DNA of 32,000 nt, taken from Prochlorococcus sp. MIT 0801 (GTDB lineage Bacteria > Cyanobacteriota > Cyanobacteriia > PCC-6307 > Cyanobiaceae). Positions 26,560-32,000 of this stretch are shown one piece after another. Positions within the stretch are counted from its first letter, which is position 1. Each line of letters begins with the position of its first letter. A program made the position numbers and the translations under genes. Where the stretch lies: positions 810,001 to 842,000 of the forward strand of contig NZ_CP007754.1 of NCBI RefSeq assembly GCF_000757865.1, read 5' to 3'. The notes under the pieces are model-generated. The model saw only the letters and a list, made by a program, of their open reading frames with translations, searched no databases and was not told the DNA's origin.

Positions 26560-26937
26560 ATGGCTTCATATGTTTATTTGATTCAGAATGGTGATTTATT
26601 CAATATTGGTTTTACAGACAACCTTGAACGAACAAGAATTAATTTAAGACCAGGAGAATTGGTTGCATTTCTAAATACGGATAACCCTGAACCACTGATT
26701 AAAAATATAAGGAAAATATATGTTGATAATAGATTACCTGGCTCAGATTATTATCGACTTGCAAACTCACAAGTAAAAGAATGCAGAACTCTTCTAGAAG
26801 GAGATGGGCCGAATAATTATTTTCAACCTTTTCTCAAGGGACCAATTTTATTTGTATTCTTTATGTGTTCTTGGATTTTATTGACTTATTTTATTATTGA
26901 GTTTGCTGTAGACCCTGTTCTAAGTCGGTTTACCTAA
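26560..26937 (+). CDS. GIY-YIG / T5orf172-like domain protein with a C-terminal transmembrane helix
   Basis: 125 aa. YVYLIQNGDLFNIGFTDNLERTRINL and SDYYRL fit the T5orf172/MUG113 pattern. The C-terminal segment ILFVFFMCSWILLTYFIIEFAV is hydrophobic. Confidence 0.5.
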   Translation: MASYVYLIQNGDLFNIGFTDNLERTRINLRPGELVAFLNTDNPEPLIKNIRKIYVDNRLPGSDYYRLANSQVKECRTLLEGDGPNNYFQPFLKGPILFVFFMCSWILLTYFIIEFAVDPVLSRFT

Positions 26938-27043
26938 TCCTTACTTTTCTTTGATTAAATATATTAATGATTTATACATAATGTTTCTTACATAGATTTG
27001 ATTTAATTGTTAGATTATATAAATACTGTAAATTTAATCTGAT

Positions 27044-27178
27044 TTGAATTTATCTAGCTTTTTGATTTTTGTTGCACTGCCTTTTGTCGTTTCAACAGTA
27101 TTTTTTGGCACTAAGAATGGATATTACAATAGTGATGACTATGAGGGAGATGGTTGCGCTCATGACGTTCAGAGGTGA
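27044..27178 (+). CDS. Possible 44-aa membrane peptide, TTG start (below the track cutoff)
   Basis: Manual translation gives (M)NLSSFLIFVALPFVVSTVFFGTKNGYYNSDDYEGDGCAHDVQR*. No ATG is available. Weak call. Confidence 0.15.
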   Translation: MNLSSFLIFVALPFVVSTVFFGTKNGYYNSDDYEGDGCAHDVQR

Positions 27179-27221
27179 TAATTTTCTCCAATCGACCTTT
27201 GGCTATACATATAAGTATCTT

Positions 27222-27503
27222 TTAATTGCTTGAATTTTTGATGCATGTCCATTTGCTATCAAATTGCCAGACAGGCTTGTAGATTTCATTTTCAATTGTT
27301 TTCCCAGCTTCCATACACATCTTTTTCGTCCCAATTGGAATAGCAAATAATGATGGACTTGTAATGCCACTTACTTGTGGTTTTCCTCCAGGTCCCTGTC
27401 TATAGCTACCTATTACTAACCAGTAATCTGCTACAGCCTTTCCTTGTATACCCGCCAAGGAGGTTAGAGCAATAATTAATGAGAATATAATTTTTTTTCC
27501 CAT
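27222..27503 (-). CDS. Small secreted protein, 93 aa
   Basis: It has a signal-peptide-like N-terminus MGKKIIFSLIIALTSLAGIQGKAVA and two Cys in the mature part. Confidence 0.5.
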   Translation of the reverse strand: MGKKIIFSLIIALTSLAGIQGKAVADYWLVIGSYRQGPGGKPQVSGITSPSLFAIPIGTKKMCMEAGKTIENEIYKPVWQFDSKWTCIKNSSN

Positions 27504-27590
27504 GATTTATTTTTATTTTTGAAATCATATCTATACTAATTGAAAATTTCTATATATTTAGCCAGCTTGTGTTTTTATTATCTTCTAAAT

Positions 27591-28430
27591 ATGCCTGAAG
27601 AAATTAGTCAATATCTATTTATTTGCTTTAAATCATTTTTCTTAGGTGTTATTCAAGGTTTTACTGAATTTCTTCCAATTAGCAGTACTGCCCATTTAAA
27701 AGTTGTACCTTACCTTTTTGGTTGGAATGATCTTGGTGTGTCTTTTTCCGCTTCTATACAATTAGGAAGCGCATTAGCTATCATTTATTATTTTCGAAAT
27801 CAGATTAGTTCAATTATTAAATCTTTCTTGTCAACGTTTAACCCTTCTAAAGGTATCAAAGATGAAAATTCTAGACTATTTATCTATATCTTTGTAGCGA
27901 GTATTCCAATATTAGTTTTTGGCTTACTTATTAAACTATATTGGCCCAACTATTCCGATTCGAATCTCAGAGATTTATTTTCCATAGCGATCACTTCTAT
28001 TGTTATGGCACTATTGCTAGCTCTTGCGGAATTTTTTGGTAAAAGAAATAAGTTATTTGTGGACATTAATTTAAATGATGTTATTAAATTGGGCCTTGCT
28101 CAATCTTTGGCTTTATTCCCTGGAGTTTCTAGATCTGGTATAACTCTAACCTCTGCTTTGTTTTCAGGTATTGAGAGGAAAACGGCAGCTAGACTTTCTT
28201 TTCTAGTTGGTATTCCAGCTATTTCAATCTCAGGACTTGTAGAACTATTTTCTTTAATTAGAGTGTTATCTGTTGTTGAGATTATACCAATAATTATTGG
28301 CATCATTTCATCTTTCTTTTCTTCAATATTTTCTATTGATTTGTTTCTTAAATTCCTATCTAAAAATAATACTTTAGTTTTTGTTTATTATCGTTTAGCT
28401 TTTGGCATTTTTATATTGACAACTTTATAA
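27591..28430 (+). CDS. uppP: Undecaprenyl-diphosphate phosphatase
   Basis: It has the motifs GFTEFLPISSTAHL and FPGVSRSGITL. The ATG at 27591 is preferred over the track TTG at 27540. Confidence 0.9.
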   Translation: MPEEISQYLFICFKSFFLGVIQGFTEFLPISSTAHLKVVPYLFGWNDLGVSFSASIQLGSALAIIYYFRNQISSIIKSFLSTFNPSKGIKDENSRLFIYIFVASIPILVFGLLIKLYWPNYSDSNLRDLFSIAITSIVMALLLALAEFFGKRNKLFVDINLNDVIKLGLAQSLALFPGVSRSGITLTSALFSGIERKTAARLSFLVGIPAISISGLVELFSLIRVLSVVEIIPIIIGIISSFFSSIFSIDLFLKFLSKNNTLVFVYYRLAFGIFILTTL

Positions 28431-28488
28431 ATCTTATTTTTCTATATTCTTTGGTTTAGTATAGTTTTATGATAATTATTTGGTTTTG

Positions 28489-28647
28489 ATGAATTTTTTA
28501 GTTGATTTATTTATTGTTTCTTTTGGGGAGATTGATATACCACCATTAGTCTTTGCGTTAATTATTTTCCTAACTGTATTTGTTTTTTTAGCAGTTCTGA
28601 TTAGTACAACTAAATTAATCCAATCTTTAGTAAAGGACTCTGATTAG
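28489..28647 (+). CDS. Small single-helix membrane protein, 52 aa (below the track cutoff)
   Basis: Manual translation gives MNFLVDLFIVSFGEIDIPPLVFALIIFLTVFVFLAVLISTTKLIQSLVKDSD*. Confidence 0.25.
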   Translation: MNFLVDLFIVSFGEIDIPPLVFALIIFLTVFVFLAVLISTTKLIQSLVKDSD

Positions 28648-28664
28648 TCATAAATTCAATTTTA

Positions 28665-28738
28665 TCGGAACGGCGGGATTTGAACCCACGACCCCCACTA
28701 CCCCAAAGTGGTGCGCTACCAAACTGCGCTACGTCCCG
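28665..28738 (-). tRNA. tRNA-Pro (anticodon GGG), CCA not encoded
   Basis: The reverse complement folds as CGGGACG-TA-GCGC-AGTTTGGTA-GCGC-A-CCACT-TTGGGGT-AGTGG-GGGTC-GTGGG-TTCAAAT-CCCGC-CGTTCCG-A. All four stems pair, with two G-U wobbles. Confidence 0.92.
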
Positions 28739-28751
28739 CATTTTAAAGTTA

Positions 28752-29105
28752 TCACAAGTGCTTGCTGATATTTTGAATTTTTAATGATTTCCATTTAATT
28801 CTTTTTTTAGATTTTCTATTTATACGTCTGATGAGTGAATCCCTATCTTCATTAGAATATCCATGAATAGATAGCTTTTTAGCAATTAATCTTAACTCGT
28901 AAATATTCATCTTTGAAAGTTTAAGTTCAGTATTTTTATCCCAGGCCTCTCCCTCATTTGGCAATATAGCTTTATGTTGTGATGATTCGATTGAGTAGAT
29001 TAACTCAGCAAAGAATTCTGGAATAATTACAATTAAAATTGCAAGAATATTGTATAAGTTTATCCGAGCTCTATCCAGATGTTTTTCAAATTTATTATTT
29101 TTCAT
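28752..29105 (-). CDS. Hypothetical protein with an N-terminal hydrophobic helix and a Rho_N/SAP-like helix-extension-helix motif
   Basis: 117 aa. LSKMNIYELRLIAKKLSIHGYSNEDRDSLIRRI fits the Rho N-terminal / HeH pattern. The C-terminal tail is Lys-rich. Confidence 0.5.
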   Translation of the reverse strand: MKNNKFEKHLDRARINLYNILAILIVIIPEFFAELIYSIESSQHKAILPNEGEAWDKNTELKLSKMNIYELRLIAKKLSIHGYSNEDRDSLIRRINRKSKKRIKWKSLKIQNISKHL

Positions 29106-29145
29106 ATTTTTTAAGAAGTATAATCCAAGTTAAAATATATTTTCT

Positions 29146-29310
29146 CTAACTTGGATAGGTTAATTCAGTATTTAAAGAACTATCCATCCATTGAATAGTT
29201 TTTTCTTGTTCAATTTTTTCAGATTTAAAACTAAACACTAAAAAGAATACTAATAGCAAAGTAGCTAATATTATTAGCAAAATGGTTCTATCTGGTAATT
29301 GATCATTCAT
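29146..29310 (-). CDS. Small single-helix membrane protein, 54 aa (below the track cutoff)
   Basis: Manual translation gives MNDQLPDRTILLIILATLLLVFFLVFSFKSEKIEQEKTIQWMDSSLNTELTYPS*. The ATG lies 2 nt after the msrA stop. Confidence 0.3.
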   Translation of the reverse strand: MNDQLPDRTILLIILATLLLVFFLVFSFKSEKIEQEKTIQWMDSSLNTELTYPS

Positions 29311-29312
29311 TA

Positions 29313-30059
29313 TTAATTTGATTCAATAGGTGTATTATCTCCTCTAAGAATACAATGAGTTATGTCCCAATTATAGTTGGACCAAATTTTTTCATTTAGT
29401 TTAAAGTTTGCCCCACTAAAATTTTTAAATGTTACCTTTGTCGGCATTGCAGAGCAATATGGTCTACTGCCAGGCTTCGCTAAATATTGTTGGTGATAGT
29501 CCTCTGCAAAATAAAATTTAATATCGTTCTCAATCTCTGTAGTAATTAACCCAAAGCCATTATTTTGTAGCTCTATTTGATAGCTATTTTTGCTTTCTAT
29601 TGCTTTACTTAGTTGCTCTTTGCTTGTCGTATAAATTGCAGATCTGTATTGGCTTCCGCTATCGTTACCCTGACGATTGCCTTGTGTTGGGTCATGGCAT
29701 TCCCAAAATAATTTTAGTAAGTCGCTTAGATCAATTTCATTATTATTCCAAACAACTCTAACTACTTCGGTATGACCTGTTAGGCCAGAACATACCTCCC
29801 TATAGTTTGGTTTTTCTTTCTCACCGCCAGCATACCCTACTGCAGTTGTTACAACTCCTGGAAGCCTCCAGAAACCTTTCTCTGCCCCCCAAAAACAGCC
29901 ACATCCAAAAAGTACTTCTTGCTCATTATCTTTTGGTTTTGCTGTTAGATCATTTTTTAATATTGTATGCTGCACTTTCTTTTTTTGTTTTTCTGTACTT
30001 TTATAAGAATATATCTTATCAATTATCAGTGTTAAATATTCAATTATCTTTTTAATCAT
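29313..30059 (-). CDS. msrA: Peptide-methionine (S)-S-oxide reductase with a roughly 50-aa N-terminal extension
   Basis: It has the active-site block GCGCFWGAEKGFW, then YAGG, GHTEVVRV and QGNDSGSQYRS. No internal ATG lies before the catalytic Cys. Confidence 0.88.
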   Translation of the reverse strand: MIKKIIEYLTLIIDKIYSYKSTEKQKKKVQHTILKNDLTAKPKDNEQEVLFGCGCFWGAEKGFWRLPGVVTTAVGYAGGEKEKPNYREVCSGLTGHTEVVRVVWNNNEIDLSDLLKLFWECHDPTQGNRQGNDSGSQYRSAIYTTSKEQLSKAIESKNSYQIELQNNGFGLITTEIENDIKFYFAEDYHQQYLAKPGSRPYCSAMPTKVTFKNFSGANFKLNEKIWSNYNWDITHCILRGDNTPIESN

Positions 30060-30063
30060 AACT

Positions 30064-30309
30064 TTAATTTATAGTTTCTATTTTAATATGATTTATTAGT
30101 GTAGTAACAAATGCAAATAATAAGAAAGGTAGGCTTAATACAAGTATTAAACCTACACCTAAAAGAGCAAAAACTGGTCTTGATGAGCCCATTAGTGCAA
30201 GTCCTGCAGCTAGACTTACAAAAATTACACCCATCCATGCGAGGATTTGAATGTAAATATCACCAAATGCAAGGTCGCAAATAAGTTTATATTTTGTTAA
30301 TGTGCTCAT
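30064..30309 (-). CDS. Small membrane protein, 81 aa (two helices)
   Basis: Track ORF ending 4 nt upstream of the msrA start. It has two long hydrophobic segments. Confidence 0.5.
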   Translation of the reverse strand: MSTLTKYKLICDLAFGDIYIQILAWMGVIFVSLAAGLALMGSSRPVFALLGVGLILVLSLPFLLFAFVTTLINHIKIETIN

Positions 30310-30315
30310 GATTTC

Positions 30316-30348
30316 ATGATTATCTCATTTAAGATAATTGTTTTTTTT
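30316..30348 (+). terminator. Hairpin plus T8 tract oriented for the plus strand (opposite to flanking genes)
   Basis: Stem ATTATCT (30319-30325) pairs with AGATAAT (30332-30338) around a 6-nt loop, followed by ttgTTTTTTTT (to 30348). The stem is AT-rich and weak. Confidence 0.3.
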
Positions 30349-30400
30349 AGCTTATATCTAATTCAGGTTGAATTGATTAAAAAAAGTCAATAAGTAATGA

Positions 30401-32000
30401 TTAATCATCTGACTGAATTTGCTCTTTAGCTTTTTCTCTCTCCCACATGCTTTTATACAAACCGTCTTTCTTAATTAAGAATTGATGTTTTCCTTCTTGT
30501 ACAATTTTTCCATCATTCATTACTAATATTCGGTCACACGCAGCAGCAGCTGAAAGCTGATGACTAATCATTAATACTGTTTTACTATATTGATTTTTTA
30601 TTGTTTGAAGTATTGCTGACGCGGTTTTATTGTCCACACTTGCTAAAGCATCATCTAGAACAATTATCTTTGAATCTACCAATAATGCTCGACTTAAAGC
30701 AGTTCGTTGTCTTTGTCCACCGCTGAGTGTTATTCCTCTTTCTCCGACAAGTGTTTTAAGTCCATCAGGAAAACCTTTTATATCATCTGTCATTCTTGCT
30801 TCATAGGCTGATTCTTGGACTTTATCTATGGACGCTTTTGGATTCCCATATTTAATGTTTTCTGAAAGTGTTTCTGTGAAAAGATATCCCTCTTGAGGTA
30901 CTAAAGCAATATTGCTTCTTAACTGCTTCAGCTTTAAGTCCATGACATCATGATCGTCTAAATACAAAGATCCTTCATCAATTTTTATCATCCTCCCTAA
31001 AGCTCTTGCCAAGGTCGTTTTACCGCAACCTACAGGACCTACCAAGGCGACTATTTCTCCGGGGTTTATTTTAAAAGAAATTTCATCTAGTATTTTCCTA
31101 TGAGAATCTTCATAACTTACTGAAAGATTTCTTGCTTCTAATTTTCCTGAAATAGGTTTAGTTATATTTACAGTATTATCTTTATCTTTGATTGTTGGTT
31201 CATGATTAAGTAGCTCTTCTACTCTCTCTAAACTTACTTGACCCAATTGAAAAGTATTAAGTGTAAAACCTAATAAGGCTGTTGGAAAAACCAGTCTTTC
31301 TACATATAGAATTAAAGCTACCAATCCTCCAACAGTAAGATTTCCGCTGCTAAGTTGCCCACTCCCAATTGCAATAAGTAGAAGCAAAGATATTGAGGAT
31401 AAACCTTGAAGTAGTGGAAATAAAGTACTTGCAGTTCTTGCAAGGTTAATAGCGGCGTCTCGGTATCTGATGTTTAATTTTTTGAATGCTTCTTGTTCAG
31501 CTCGTTCTTGACCATAAATCTTAATGGCACTAATGCCAGATAGATCTTCTTGAATTAACTCACTTAATTCGGATAAAGCTTGTTGTTGCCTCTTTCTTTG
31601 TTTAACCATTCTTCCACCGAACAATCCAACGGTGCCAAGTAAAACTGGATAGACGGATATGGCAAAAAAGGTTAATAGCGGATTAATTGTCAGCATCGCT
31701 GGCAATGTGAAGGTGTATGCCAATAATGTGTTTGTAAGACTAAGAACCGTAAAACCTAGCAATCTTCGAATGTTTTCTAAATCGCTAGTAGCTCTTGTTA
31801 TGACTTCTCCAGTCCCTATGGTTTGAACCCATCCGGGGTCTTGTTCCAGCATTCGATCAAATAATTTTTGTCTCAATGAAACTTCTACTTGTCTTCCAAC
31901 CCCAAACACGAGCTGCCGAGATATCAATCTTGCTCCCCCCATCACTGTTGCCATAAGTATTAACCATGTCGACTTATTTAAGACGTATGAAAATGTAAAT
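30401..32000 (-). CDS. ABC exporter, fused permease and ATP-binding protein (MsbA/MdlB-like); N-terminus outside the window
   Basis: Walker A GPVGCGKTT, signature LSGGQRQR, Walker B IIVLDDALS. The frame stays open upstream of the track ATG (31954) to position 32000 (FTFSYVLNKSTWLIL-MATV...). Confidence 0.9.
   Translation of the reverse strand, partial: FTFSYVLNKSTWLILMATVMGGARLISRQLVFGVGRQVEVSLRQKLFDRMLEQDPGWVQTIGTGEVITRATSDLENIRRLLGFTVLSLTNTLLAYTFTLPAMLTINPLLTFFAISVYPVLLGTVGLFGGRMVKQRKRQQQALSELSELIQEDLSGISAIKIYGQERAEQEAFKKLNIRYRDAAINLARTASTLFPLLQGLSSISLLLLIAIGSGQLSSGNLTVGGLVALILYVERLVFPTALLGFTLNTFQLGQVSLERVEELLNHEPTIKDKDNTVNITKPISGKLEARNLSVSYEDSHRKILDEISFKINPGEIVALVGPVGCGKTTLARALGRMIKIDEGSLYLDDHDVMDLKLKQLRSNIALVPQEGYLFTETLSENIKYGNPKASIDKVQESAYEARMTDDIKGFPDGLKTLVGERGITLSGGQRQRTALSRALLVDSKIIVLDDALASVDNKTASAILQTIKNQYSKTVLMISHQLSAAAACDRILVMNDGKIVQEGKHQFLIKKDGLYKSMWEREKAKEQIQSDD

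Noticed and set aside
27540-27590. TTG-initiated N-terminal extensions in the track (uppP here; also 12188-12208 and 20580-20585)
   Set aside because: In each case an ATG a few codons downstream sits right at the start of the conserved domain. The TTG extensions are artefacts of longest-ORF calling.
28100-28306. Track ORF (68 aa, minus strand) inside uppP
   Set aside because: It is antisense to uppP, which has both family motifs.
29807-30055. Track ORF (82 aa, plus strand) opposite the 5' part of msrA
   Set aside because: It is antisense to msrA and its Leu-rich composition mirrors the Lys/Glu-rich sense frame. It is kept in mind only because a plus-oriented terminator-like hairpin lies at 30316-30348. 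That would point to an antisense RNA, not a protein.

Overview
This is an AT-rich, very gene-dense chromosomal segment (roughly 30% G+C judged by eye, not computed). The gene content is acsF, carB, rsfS, ycf36/DUF1230, a PAO/CAO-type Rieske oxygenase, glucosylglycerate genes, uppP and msrA. Together with short intergenic spacers and frequent start/stop overlaps, this points to a marine picocyanobacterium, most likely a high-light-adapted Prochlorococcus. That assignment is an inference from memory of these families, not a search. I support about 40 protein-coding genes, including two partial genes at the window edges and several ORFs under 60 aa that the supplied track omits. I also support two tRNA genes, initiator tRNA-fMet(CAU) and tRNA-Pro(GGG), one truncated tRNA-fMet copy and a few hairpin terminators. 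I saw no rRNA, CRISPR array, transposase, integrase or recognisable defence system. The most notable items are listed here. (1) A degenerate direct repeat of the 3' half of tRNA-fMet looks like an att-type integration scar. (2) A divergent cluster interleaves glucosylglycerate synthesis genes (gpgS, gpgP) with putative breakdown genes (a GH13_18 phosphorylase and a P-loop glycerate kinase); the phosphorylase has an obligatory GTG start preceded by an in-frame ATG mini-ORF. (3) A plant-type ferredoxin and a small orphan gene are packed tail-to-tail against the cyclase gene acsF. (4) An Nramp-fold transporter carries GGSH in place of the canonical DPGN metal-site motif. (5) An AT-rich stretch at 17.7-20.8 kb holds small orphan ORFs around a minimal Gpt-like phosphoribosyltransferase. 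Most of the window is ordinary core genome, and none of the findings amounts to a demonstrably new system on sequence alone.
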